Source: the human T2T-CHM13v2.0 reference genome, Homo sapiens. From it: a DNA stretch of 64,000 nucleotides. The notes beneath the pieces were generated by a model. It ran no database searches, had not been told where the DNA came from, and saw nothing but the letters and a program-made list of their open reading frames with translations. Position numbers and translations under genes: made by a program. Positions within the stretch are counted from its first letter, which is position 1. Each line of letters opens with the position of its first letter. Where the stretch lies: the NCBI RefSeq assembly GCF_009914755.1, contig NC_060947.1; one strand, written 5' to 3'. This document shows positions 1 to 30,247 of this stretch, piece by piece.

Positions 1-140
1 TGTCCCAGGGACCCTACTTTAGACCAATTAAACACAAATCTTTGTGGGCAGGCCTCAGATATATGCATTAAAAAACAAATTTCCAGGTGATACTAATGCC
101 AGAGAAGGTTAAGAGCCTATTCAAGAAAATAGGCTCTGTT

Positions 141-480
141 CCATAAAAAAGGATGAGTTCATGTCCTTTGCAGGGACATGGATGCAGCTGGAAACCATCA
201 TTCTCAGCAAACGATCACAAGGACAGAAAACCAAACACCACATGTTCTGACTCATAGGTGGGAATTGAACAATGAGATCACATGGACACAGGGTGGGGAA
301 CATCACACCCTGGGGTCTGTCATGGGGTGGAGGGCAGGGGGAGGGATAGCATTAGGAGAAATACCTAATGTAAATGATGAGTTAATGGGTGCAGCAAACC
401 AACATGGCACATGTATACCTATGTAACAAACCTGCACATTGTGCACATGTACCCTAGAACTTAAAGTATAATAAAAAAAA
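141..480 (+). mobile_element. 5'-truncated L1PA 3' end
   Basis: L1 ORF2 tail/3' UTR text (ggatgagttcatgtcctttgcagggacatggatg...aacctgcacattgtgcacatgtaccctagaacttaaagtataataaaaaaaa) with G-rich tract. TSD-like aaaat(t)aggctct on both sides. Confidence 0.92.
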
Positions 481-504
481 TTAGGCTCTCCTGTTGTGCA
501 GATT

Positions 505-715
505 TCATTTCTAGCTCTGCTACTTATGAGAAGATGACCTTGGGCAAATGGCCGAACTGCTCTGAGCCCCAATTTTCCCATCTATAAAAATTGGCATACT
601 AATAGAACCCACTGGGCTTTGTTTCATGGGCTGTCATGAAGGATTGAATGTACTGGTGTATGTAATGGACTGTAATTGTACAATGCCTAGCACAGAGTGA
701 TTACTCCCTAGATGA
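505..715 (+). mobile_element. MIR
   Basis: Core motif gctctgctactta...tgaccttgggcaaatg...tctgagccccaattttcccatctataaaa. Confidence 0.75.
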
Positions 716-742
716 TAGCTAGTGATAAAATTAAGGCATCCC

Positions 743-1120
<378 letters not shown>

Positions 1121-1212
1121 CTATGGATTTCATGGTCTTTCAATGGGGACCACCTGTGAGAAGGTAAAAGGCTATGCAGACCACCTACCTGGTACATGTC
1201 ATAGGAAACCTA

Positions 1213-1534
<322 letters not shown>

Positions 1535-2050
1535 GGGAAAATGATGCTTCTTTGGATAAGACACCAAGTAAAAGCAAAGCAGAAACAAAGTAACACTAAT
1601 ATTCTTAGAGACCAGCCCATTAATTACCTTGAGGAAATAATAGACCGCTTGGGGTTCTCAGACCCATTCTGAGAACCACTGAAGAGTACATGATGGTCTG
1701 CACTATAACTGGTGGCCTAATTAGTGGTCAACCCAGAATTTCCAGAGTATTCAGGAGTCACAAGCCAAAAAACTCAATATCTATTGCCCAATGTCTCACC
1801 AGGTTTATGCATTTATTCCTCACCCCTAGTAGGCATGTGAATTGGTGAACCCTGGTGCACTCACCACCCAGAGACCTTTATAGTTTAAGCAAAAAACTAC
1901 AAGAATCTACGCATTAGGATGTAAGGAATGAGAGAGAAAACAGCAGAATTTCTTAGGCCTTAACAGACAATAAAGAAGGCCGCCCCTTTGTGGGAATCAA
2001 GTATTGGATCTCAGCTCAGTTCCAAGATAAAGTAAAAAATCCAGTATTCT

Positions 2051-2421
<371 letters not shown>

Positions 2422-2578
2422 CTATTTTGCCTCTAGAGCCAAGTAAAGATAAAGCATATCCATCTCAAACCAATAGCCAGCATTATGATAAATGAGAAAA
2501 AGGAAGTTAGTAAAAATGTGGTAGTTAATAAAATGGGCTTTTGGTTTCGGACGAACCTGGGTTTAAAATTTCAGTTTA

Positions 2579-2779
<201 letters not shown>

Positions 2780-2838
2780 CTAATAATAATGGTTCCTACT
2801 TTGGGGGGTTGCTGTATTGAATGAATGAGATTATGTAG

Positions 2839-3208
<370 letters not shown>

Positions 3209-3849
3209 TAAATTATAGCTTTCTTCTAACTAAAAGCATTCTCACTGGAGTCAAGGACAAAGCTAGGCTGCTGCCATTTACAAGTGCTTAATAGTGTTCT
3301 GAATAACCAGTATCATCCTTAGAGGGGCTTCTGCCCTGGGGCTCATGCTTTAAAGGATATCTCATATTGTAAATACTCAAATTTATTTAAAAAGACACAG
3401 GCACTTGTGTCACTTGGGATCTAGTACTTAGTGTTGGTACAGCACACCACATAATCCTAAACCTCCACTCTCATGATTAACATCATTCAAACTTAAGGGG
3501 AATACTTCCTATCTCTCAATCTATATACTTGGAACAAAAGGCAAATCCATCTACAAGCCATGAAGTTTTGTGAGTTATGCTGCTGCTCACTATATCAGAC
3601 ACTGCTTAGAAGTACAAGGAAAATCTGAGTAGCAGATGTGCTTAGTGAGAGAAAAGACAAATTAACTTGTCAAATCCTTTCTGTCTCAAGAGCAATAGAT
3701 TCTTCCATAACAATGATTGTTTCCCAGTAGTAACAAGCATAGGTTTTCTTGCTTCTCTTTGTGTTCCAATTCATGGTTCCTTGATGTGTTGTAAGTAGGC
3801 CTCCAATCGTACTCTGGCCCAGGCTAAGTAAATGTTAAAAGCTGACTTG

Positions 3850-4372
3850 TAGCTAATACTGTAAGATTTGAAAAAGAAATTAGGAATAACTATTGAAAGA
3901 GATACATAAATTACCATTATTTCCAGTTAATTTGTTTGTCTATCAAGAGAACACCCAAGGGCATCAATTGAAACACTCAGATATTTAAGAAGAGAGTTCA
4001 GAAAAGCGGCCAAATAACAATCAATAGTTTTCCTGTAAGCCAGCAACAACCAGCTAGAAGATATAATGGAATAAAAATGCATTAATGATGACAAAAATAG
4101 CATAAAACTCCTAAGAATAACTCTTTTGAACTCGGGCTCAAGATATCCTCCCTCCTCCGCCTCCCAAGTAGCTGGGACTACGAGCTCATGCCCACACACA
4201 CAGCTAACTTTTTTTTAAATTTCATTGTAGAGATGGGGTCTCACTATGTTGCCAGGCTGATCTGGAACTCCTGGGCTCAAGTGGTCCTCCTGCCTTGGCC
4301 TCCTAAAGTGTTGGAATTACAGTCGTGAGCCACCACACCCAGCCAGGAATAACTCTTTAAAAAATGCATAGA
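3850..4372 (+). mobile_element. Old L1 (L1M) ORF2 reverse-transcriptase relic, split by an AluJ
   Basis: Degenerate match to the L1 region encoding KLSLFADDMI...EFSKVAG...KYLGINLTK. A-rich, many stops. Confidence 0.6.
4127..4344 (-). mobile_element. AluJ lacking its 3' end and tail
   Basis: Reverse Alu ending mid right arm, flanked by aagaataactcttt and aggaataactcttt. Confidence 0.85.
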
Positions 4373-4390
4373 GACTGGGTGCGGTGGCTC

Positions 4391-9391
<5,001 letters not shown>

Positions 9392-10403
9392 TGAAACCGC
9401 CTTTGTAAAATTATGACTGAGAGAGTGAAAGAGATCTAACTTAGCTGACTCCATCTTGCTTCTAACCTCCAAGCTGTTCTTGTTCATTCCTGGGGGTAGG
9501 CTGAACTAACTTCGGGAGAAATGTAGTTTATAGTTTATAGTTTAAACAAATATGGTAACAGCCCTTTCCCAAAGCAGACCTCCTTCCTGCCTGGCGACTA
9601 GATTGCCTTTGTAGGACTAACATTAGCCACAAGATCAGAAATTATGGTTTAGGGGTCATGCAGCTGGAGGCTATAAGATTCTGAGCCTCCCTAAACTGCT
9701 CCAAAGATCAGTGTTTGAGATATTTTGTAGACCCTGCACTTGATAAATCAGCTGGCACCACCCAGATCAATAAACTGGCTCATGTGATCTTATGGCCCCC
9801 ACCCAGGAACTGACTCAGCACAAGAAAACAGCTTTGACTCCCTATGATTTCATCCTTGACCAATCAGCACTCCTGGCTCACTGGCTTTCCCCGACCTACC
9901 AAGTTATCCTTAAAAACTCTGCTCCCCGGCCAGGCATGGTGGCTCACACCTGTAATCCCAGCACTTTGGGAGGCCGAGGCGGGCAAATCACCTGAGGTTA
10001 GGAGTTCGAGACCAGCCTGGCCAATATGGTGAAACCCTGTCTCTACTAAAAATACAAAAATTATCCAGGTGTGGTGGCATATGCCTGTAATCCCAGCTAC
10101 TGGGGAGGCTGAGGCAGGAAAATCACTTGAACCCAGGAGGTGGAGGTTGCAGCAAGCCTAGATTGCACCACTGCACTCCAGCCTGGGCGACAGAGCAAGA
10201 CTTTGTCTCAAAAAAGCACAACAAAACAAGCAAACAAAAAACTTTGCTCCCCAAATGGTCAGGGAGACTGATTTGAGTAATAAAACTCTGGTCTCCCGCA
10301 TGTGGGCTCTGCGTGAATTACTCTTTCTCTGTTGCAATTCCCCTGTCTTGATGAATGGGCTCTGTCTAGGCAGCGGGCAAGGTGAACCCCTTGGGAGGTT
10401 ACA
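9392..10403 (+). mobile_element. LTR8-type 3' LTR with an Alu inserted (~9928-10240)
   Basis: Starts TGAAACCGCCTTTG.AAAATTATGACTGAGA and ends ggaggttACA. Poly(A) signal at 10279-10284. Alu TSD aaaaact(c/t)tgctcccc. Confidence 0.85.
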
Positions 10404-10511
10404 GTTTCACCATGCTGGTCAGGCTGGTCTTGAACTCCTGACTTCAGGTGATCTGCCTGCCTCGGCCTCCCAAATTGCTGAGATTATAGGCGTGAGCCAC
10501 CACGCCTGGCC
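10404..10511 (-). mobile_element. Alu left-arm remnant abutting the LTR
   Basis: gtttcaccatgctggtcaggctggtcttgaactcc...gcctggcc begins right after the LTR CA terminus. Confidence 0.88.
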
Positions 10512-10650
10512 ATGCATCACATTTTTATTTGTAAAAGTAAAAACCATGGAAACAACATCAATATCTAGCAATAGGATGCAAAATGAATGAGAACTATAGT
10601 ACATTCAAGTGATGCTAAAGTTTTATACAATCATTAAAAATGATTGTTTA

Positions 10651-11172
<522 letters not shown>

Positions 11173-11249
11173 CTCTGTGTGTGTGTGCGTGAGCATTTAC
11201 AGTGCTAAACAACTTTAAGTACCACACTAATAGTGAAAAATATTACAGG

Positions 11250-11870
11250 AGAGGCAGCAGAGCAATTGTTAAGAGCCTGGGCCCTAGAAATGACTGCCTA
11301 GGTTTGAGGCCTGGCTCTCCACTTACTAGCTGTATACTCCTGGGCAAGTTACCTACCTTCCCAGCCCCTCAATGTGCCCATTCATAGCATGGGGACTCAT
11401 ACCTAGTCCATAGTGTTGCTGTAAAGATTAAATTAGTTAATACAAGTAGAGGGCAGCGTCTAGCATCTAGTAAACAGTTGACAATTATTGGTTATTGTTA
11501 TAGAAAATTGGAGGAGGGAGAAATCATATCTAACTGACAATGGATCAGGAAAGGCTTTATAGAGGAGGTGACATTAAAGAAAAGGTTTAATGCTAATGAA
11601 GAGTGATGGTGGGGGGCGGGGTCAAAAGATAGGGAGTTAAAGGTAGAGGAGGTGGTAAGGCGTAGGTTGTGTGAGGCCGTGAGTAGATAGATGAGTGGTG
11701 GCGTGTGGCAGTGGGAGCCATTGAAAACTAAATCTCCAAAGAGAGACAGGGGTCAAAATGTGGAGGGCCTTGAATTCCAAATTTAAAACTGGAGTTAACC
11801 ACTGGCTATGAGAGTCATTAAAGATTTCTGAGCAAGAGAAAGAGGAAGCCTTCTTTGGCAGCATTGAAGG
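11250..11870. mobile_element. MIR followed by an L2 relic
   Basis: MIR core (ctctccacttactagctgtatactcctgggcaagttacc) and L2-like text (ggaaaggctttatagaggaggtgacatt; gagtcattaaagatttctgagca). Confidence 0.6.
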
Positions 11871-12149
11871 CTGACAAATTTGCAGTTTTATCCTTGAGTG
11901 TTACGAACTTCAGAAACAACTCTCTGAGGGCTAATATTTTGATTTAGGAAAAGGAAAGAGGGACACAAAGGAAGAGATGGAAAAAGGGAGTGAATAACTG
12001 AAGGATGATAAGTGGGAGGGGGAGATGAAAAGTGAGCCCGGTGGGAAGGTGGCAGCAAAGCCTGTCTTCCCTAATTCCTCATTCCTGGGGTCACTTGGTG
12101 ACTGAACTCATACATAACCTCCCTTCTCCCCATTTAAGATTTGAAGTTT

Positions 12150-12422
12150 CCGTCTTTCCTTTAGGGCTTCATTTAACTTCGAGACTGTCCTTTTGGCCTG
12201 TGAGCACACGTAGGGCATTAGGACCCAGCGTTTGTTGTAGTGAGAGTGGTTGAATCTCGATCTCTCAATTTTTCTCTCGAGCTCCCTCCTCTCCCTTTGT
12301 CATTCTAGCTGCCTGCTGCCTCCGCAGCGTCCCCCCAGCTCTCCCTGTGCTAACTGCCTGCACCTTGGACAGAGCGGGTGCGCAAATCAGAAGGATTAGT
12401 TGGGACCTGCCTTGGCGACCCC
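12150..12422 (+). promoter_or_regulatory. TMEM35A: TMEM35A promoter / 5' UTR region
   Basis: Unique, pyrimidine-rich, moderately CpG-containing sequence directly upstream of the ATG. TSS cannot be placed from sequence. Confidence 0.6.
12356..12376 (+). promoter_or_regulatory. RE1/NRSE (REST-binding) element
   Basis: gcCTGCACCttGGACAGaGCg versus consensus TTCAGCACCnnGGACAGcGCC: right half-site exact, one mismatch in the CAGCACC core, canonical 2-nt spacer. Confidence 0.7.
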
Positions 12423-12542
12423 ATGGCATCCCCCAGAACCGTAACTATTGTGGCCCTCTCAGTGGCCCTGGGACTCTTCTTTGTTTTCATGGGGACTATC
12501 AAGCTGACCCCCAGGCTCAGCAAGGATGCCTACAGTGAGATG
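12423..12542 (+). CDS. TMEM35A: TMEM35A (NACHO) coding exon 1, aa 1-40
   Basis: ATG at 12423 (ccccATGg). Translates [40 protein letters not shown], recognised as the NACHO N-terminus with a hydrophobic TM1. Ends at the canonical donor ATG|gtaagt, phase 0. Confidence 0.97.
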
Positions 12543-15500
12543 GTAAGTGAAGCAAACGGGTGATGAGGAGCGCACTCCCATGGGATTGCGAGGACCTCTC
12601 CCCTTTTTTCCTTCTCAGTTTCTGGTCCCACCCCCTTAGCCCCTATCCCCACCTGGACCCTCCGTTCTCAACAACTTTGCAGCTCGGAAGGAGCAGCTGG
12701 GCAAGAGCGATTTCTTTTGTGGGCTATGCTGTTCTGGAGCCACTGAATGCCAGTTGGGGGAGGGGTTGCGCAGCGAATACCCCCCATCCCAAGTAAACCA
12801 GAAGGCTGAGACCTGCGTAGCACCTGTCATTGGCAGGAGCCCTTCCCTCCTTCCAGCACACACCCAAAGTCCGGGCAACCAGTATACAAGTCTGATTCCC
12901 TCCCTGTGAGCTAAGAGTTTAGCAAGCGGAGAGTTTATTTATTTTAGAGCAGAACAAAAGGGAAAGAGGAAAAGAGCTGGGAAAAATGGGCTACTAAAAC
13001 AAGCAATTTTTAGGGGCTGACTGGTATTCCTCATCCCAGGCAGACAGCTGATAGTATTCCTCCAGCCACCTGGGTATGTATCTGGATCCTTGAGACAAAG
13101 CATTCTTGGCCCAAATAAAGGTCACTAAGCTCTTGTTTCTTCCCCTTCTCTCAAGGGAGAGCTAGATGTTTTGTTTTATTTTGTTTTGTGTGTGGGGTAA
13201 TCTACAAAATCTGCAAAGTCTGCTTTTTCTCTCCCGCAAACAGTCCGTAATCCCCACCTTGCCTTCTGTGGATGACCAGAGCCAGGCCCTCTGCAGGTTT
13301 TCCCCTCTGCAGAGTTGGAATCAATCACGGAAGGTGACTGGCCAAAACATCTCCTCTGCAACCTGGGGGCTGGGCTGCTTTCCCCAGTTGGGCGTGATGA
13401 GGACTTGCTCTTATACTGTGGAGTACTAGGAGATGGCAGGGAATGTTTCCAGCACTTTCGGGTCTGTCCCTTCTTCCCCTGTCACTTTGCCTCTTCTTTT
13501 CCCCACCCCAGCTGCTTCTCGTCGCCTTTGCCAGACTTCCAATAATGGGAAGGAGCACATCATTGGGCTCTCAAGGTCAAGAGAGAAAGGAGCTTAGGGG
13601 AGGAACAGAAGGGGAAAGAGAAAAGAGGCAAGCCCTTTTAGGGCTGAGGCAGGGAGGAACAGCCTCACACATTACGAGGAATTCATAGCTCTCCTGAACC
13701 CACTGCAGAGCTTTCCAGGGCCCCTTAACGTGAGCTGCAAATGGATGGAGACTGGCAAATTATATTAATAGATGCTCAGAAAATGTTTGCAGGCAGCTCT
13801 GGCTTCTGTCTCAGGGTTTAAGCTGGAGCTTTCCATTTCTTCCTCACCGCAGGATCACCCTAGGGTTGGGGAGGGTGACAAGGGCTTAGGTCTAGCCCCA
13901 GTGGCAAATCCTTACATGCTTCTCCTTCTCCCTTCCCCTCCTCCCAGCATGTTTGACCAGATGGAATTGAAATCAGGTCAAAATGAGTACCCGAGGCAGC
14001 CTGCACTGGGAGAAGAGGGACAGGGTGGGGTAGCAGAAGCCACCAAATGGCTTGAAGAGGTTGGGACAGAGGGACAGGGTGGAGGGGAAATGCCATTATA
14101 TTTCTGTCTTGGTGGTAGCAGTTTGGTGTTAGATTATGAATAAATGAACATGCTCTTGCTTTACTTTTCATATGTACATATATTTATATATTTGTGTGTG
14201 TGCATCATAGGTATGTGTAAGCTTTCCCTAGCCTTAGGGACACACTACCTTTCTTCAGTATACTCCCTGCCCTCCAGACCCTAGTCAGCTGCTTCAAAGG
14301 CCCCCCCAAGCTGCACCCTAAGTACAGTGTTAGGCTTTGCAGGCAATCCAACTAAGATGGAGTCACCGGGAAGCTTCCTACCAGCTTAGCAGGAGCTCAC
14401 AAGGAGGACCAGCCACAAATGGGTTTACAGTATGTTTCTTCCTAGAAATGGAGCTGTCTAGTGCAGCCTAATGAAAGGCAGAAGAAACAAATATGAAGAT
14501 TTCATATCATACATAGGAACATATTTAAATAGATATAGTGTAACACAGCAATATAGAACCATTGTGTGTGGGTGTGTATGCACACTTCTGCACTTCTGTG
14601 CTAGGGGCATCTAGAGGGAATGGAAAGATTGTATCTAACTGAGAAGTAGACGTCACAATAGTTTGAAGAGGATTTTCAGACTGCCCTTTTCCAGGGTCCT
14701 CTCCTGCATTGAGCATCGGGCCATAGACTGGAGATTGCTCTCTGGCATAAAGCCTACTGCATAGTGCCTGGGCTTGGCCCAGCTTTATTCTCGTTCCCAT
14801 AGGAAAGGGAGGGAAATTCAGTTCTAGTACAGAGAAGGTGCTCAATATGTATTTGTGGAGTGGTTGGGTGAATGAATGAGTCATTGTAGCATTGCCTTGG
14901 CTTGTTACCACCCTTCAGATTTCTCTGTTTGGCTCTTGATTATGCAGTTCAGGAGCCATTTCTTGCCTCTTAGAGGGACTCTCTAAGAAGCCCCTGTCTC
15001 TCAGAGGCAGAGTCTCTCAGAACCCCAACCCTAGATCAGCTGGGATGATTATCTGGGATTTTTTGTTTTCCATTAAGGAGTGGATTCCTCTGCATCGAGG
15101 AGGTTAGTCATGTATTGACTGCAGTGGCATTTCTTATAAGATCTCAAAGCGTTGTTGCTGCTGTTGTTGTTTTAAGATTATTTGTTCTTTAGAACATGTC
15201 TGTGAGGTAGATTTAGTGTATTCGTTATTTTTATTTTACTGATGGATAAACTAAAGCAGAACAAGTTTAATGACATATCCAAGGCCAGAAAGGTAAGCTG
15301 TTGTTGGAGCAGAGATGAGAAACCAAGTCCATGACTCAATACTCCCAATAGAAAGATCATTAATGGTTAAAACTGTTGGTTTTTATGGATGCCAGAACTG
15401 ACAACCGATTCTTGAGAACACCTGGCACAGTCTTCCTCCTTTTATTGTACCAGTTTAACTGCCCAATGCATATTTTCAATTTTGTTTTACTACAAAATCA

Positions 15501-16050
15501 ATTTTTAAAATTTAGATTTTTGATTTGATTTCTTTTTTCTTTTTCTTTCTTTCTTTTTTTTTTTTTTTTTTTTTTTTGCTTTTCTGCCAACTATTTTTTT
15601 TCTTGTTTTAAAATCATTTGTGTAATTCTTAGGTGTTATCTTCTCCAGGGAGAATCATTGCTAAAAAACCAAACAAATGACTATGAACTTTTCTCCTGTT
15701 TCTACTGGAGAAGCCAGCAAGGGTTAGTGGAAAGAGTGCAGGCTTTATGGTCACACAGGCTTGGGTTCAGGTCCTGCTACTCTTGGTGTCTCAGTTTCTT
15801 TATTCTTAAAATGGGGATAAGAATGCCTACCACTTAAGAAACAGACCATCCTAAGGGCGGGGGGTGGGGGGAAGGAGTGCCTACCTTAGAAGGCTGTAAA
15901 CATTAACTGAGATTATGTATAAAAGTGTCTGGTACAGTGTTTGCTATAGTATGTGTTCAAGAAATGCTTTGGGTGAGGTGATTATGATAAGTAATTCTGT
16001 TTTATGGAGTGGTTTCCTAACTGATTTAAATAGCTAGTTTAAGGGATTGA

Positions 16051-27835
<11,785 letters not shown>

Positions 27836-27993
27836 TCTTAGTTTAATTACATATAATTAAGATAAGAAAAATTATATATAATGGGACACCAGTGGCTGGT
27901 GTGAAAGGGGAGAGGACTCTGCTTGTGTTTTCTTCATTCTAATGTTAAAATCATGGTTAATGCAGTAATTTCCTTACAATATTCTCACTCTAG

Positions 27994-28377
27994 AAACGTG
28001 CTTACAAGAGCTATGTTCGAGCCCTCCCTCTGCTGAAGAAAATGGGGATCAATTCCATTCTCCTCCGAAAAAGCATTGGTGCCCTTGAAGTGGCCTGTGG
28101 CATCGTCATGACCCTTGTGCCTGGGCGTCCCAAAGATGTGGCCAACTTCTTCCTACTGTTGCTGGTGTTGGCTGTGCTCTTCTTCCACCAGCTGGTCGGT
28201 GATCCTCTCAAACGCTACGCCCATGCTCTGGTGTTTGGAATCCTGCTCACTTGCCGCCTGCTGATTGCTCGCAAGCCCGAAGACCGGTCTTCTGAGAAGA
28301 AGCCTTTGCCAGGGAATGCTGAGGAGCAACCCTCCTTATATGAGAAGGCCCCTCAGGGCAAAGTGAAGGTGTCATAG
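27994..28377 (+). CDS. TMEM35A: TMEM35A (NACHO) coding exon 2, aa 41-167 plus stop
   Basis: Acceptor attctcactctag|AAA CGT GCT. Reads [36 protein letters not shown]...[11 protein letters not shown]. With exon 1 gives 167 aa, ending in a KxKxx ER-retrieval motif. Confidence 0.97.
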
Positions 28378-28703
28378 AAAAGTGGAAGTGCAAAGAGTGG
28401 ACCTTCCAGGCAGTTGCGTCCATGACACCAGGAAGATGTCAGTGTGTGTTTTTCATTTGATTTATTTATCTTGGGGAAAGTGAAAAATGTAATCTGCAAG
28501 TTAATGACCCTATTGGCTTGTGTACATCTATATGCTAAAATGACTTCCCCACATTGACATTTGTGCGCCACCTTTAATCACTCTGGGGCAACTCTCACAT
28601 CTTGCTGCATGTACATGTATACGGCTACTATTGAAGTGTAATTGTGAGATGGACTCCAACAAGCATGTGACTGTGAGATTGTGTGTGGGAAAATGTATTT
28701 AAC

Positions 28704-28708
<5 letters not shown>

Positions 28709-28742
<34 letters not shown>

Positions 28743-28770
28743 CGCACGCGCACACACTCACGCACACACA
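28709..28770 (+). repeat. Compound (TG)n(CG)n(CA)n microsatellite in the TMEM35A 3' UTR
   Basis: About 13 TG units, a CG run, then imperfect CA repeats. Confidence 0.95.
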
Positions 28771-29759
28771 AGCAGAGAAGGCGCTGATCTTGAACTAATC
28801 CTGCACAGGCATCCTTCCCTTTATAGATTGATTCCAGCAAAGGCGGAATAAAACAAATTTCCTATGAAGAGAATCCTGATATGAAACAAGTCATGTAGTC
28901 TCATGGCCGGGAATCTCTCCACAGATACTAACAACTTAAACTTACTACTTTAGGAGAAAAAAAAAAACATTCAATTTCGGACACTGAGTTATATATGAAA
29001 TTAATTAGGCTCTAGTCCAACAGTTGTTTACATTTTAAATAGTCCATATTGAATTTAATTAAAACAAGGGATGCATGCAGTCAAATTGATAGTTTAATTC
29101 TTCAAGTGATAATATGGAAGTTTCACCTTGCCTTTGTCCAAGCCCCACCTATTAAAACCCTTTACTCACAGTTTGAAACTGAAGCAGTAAACTTGTTTCC
29201 AGACATCTTTTTCAGATTGTCTTAAGCCCAAAGTTGCCTCACTTCCACTATTCTCAGCAGCCAACCAGGATTTGGCAGCTGCTCCACTGTTACGGTTGAG
29301 GGAACAGGGATCAGTCCTGTTAGAAGTCTGTGAGCCTCAAACTCTACCTGTTCTCTGCAATCATCCAAAATTTGAAAAAGAAGCTATATCCAGTGTTTCA
29401 CTGCCAAACAGATTCACTACTCTTACTGATTCTTCACTGAGCTTTGCTAGTATAAGCAGAGTTCCAAGTCTCCCCTAGGGTTGTCTCTACATTTCTTTAT
29501 CATTCCAGTGGGTAGGGTTTAGCTGGGGGAAGGACATTTCATAAGGGTTAGTTGGACTGAGCAGTATGGACATTTGCTTTTTTCATTACGTACTGTTGTT
29601 TTTCCTTGTTAGGTGTGCTTTGGTGGTTTTAATATTATTGTGCCAGGGATGGGGAAATGGGGGGGGTTGTGTGGGAAGAGTACTTATTATTGTGTTTTCT
29701 TCAGTGTAATTGTTCTTGGTAATTGATACCTCTCTGTTTTATTTCTCTCATTCTTTCAA

Positions 29760-29765
29760 AATAAA
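29760..29765 (+). terminator. Probable distal poly(A) signal of TMEM35A
   Basis: AATAAA preceded by a long U/GU-rich tract, at the end of the unique 3' UTR sequence. Confidence 0.7.
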
Positions 29766-29939
29766 ACTTTTTGAAATTTGGAGGAAACTGTCTGGACAAA
29801 TACTGAAAATCTGGAAAGTAAGGATCATATCAAAGGATTTAGCCTCTCTTTTTCTGAGTCTGGCTGAAGGAGGAGAGGAAAGAGAAGAGGGAGTTTAATC
29901 ACTTAATATGCTAATAAGGTTGCCAACTTTCCAATTTCC

Positions 29940-30247
<308 letters not shown>

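Larger units (their letters stand above)
28378..29790 (+). other. TMEM35A: TMEM35A 3' UTR (end approximate)
   Basis: Repeat-free, U-rich segment after the stop. AATAAA at 28847-28852 and 29760-29765. The cleavage site is inferred, not observed. Confidence 0.75.

Noticed and set aside
178-426. 82-aa ORF in the first 500 bp
   Set aside because: Falls within the L1PA 3' end and is a truncated relic.
12354-12422. In-frame CTG/GTG upstream of the TMEM35A ATG (possible N-terminal extension)
   Set aside because: Bounded by an in-frame TAA at 12351, the near-cognate contexts are poor, and the ATG start already gives the recognised 167-aa protein.
14525-14911. 128-aa minus-strand ORF in the TMEM35A intron
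   Set aside because: Non-ATG start, no recognisable domain and no supporting splice or promoter signals.
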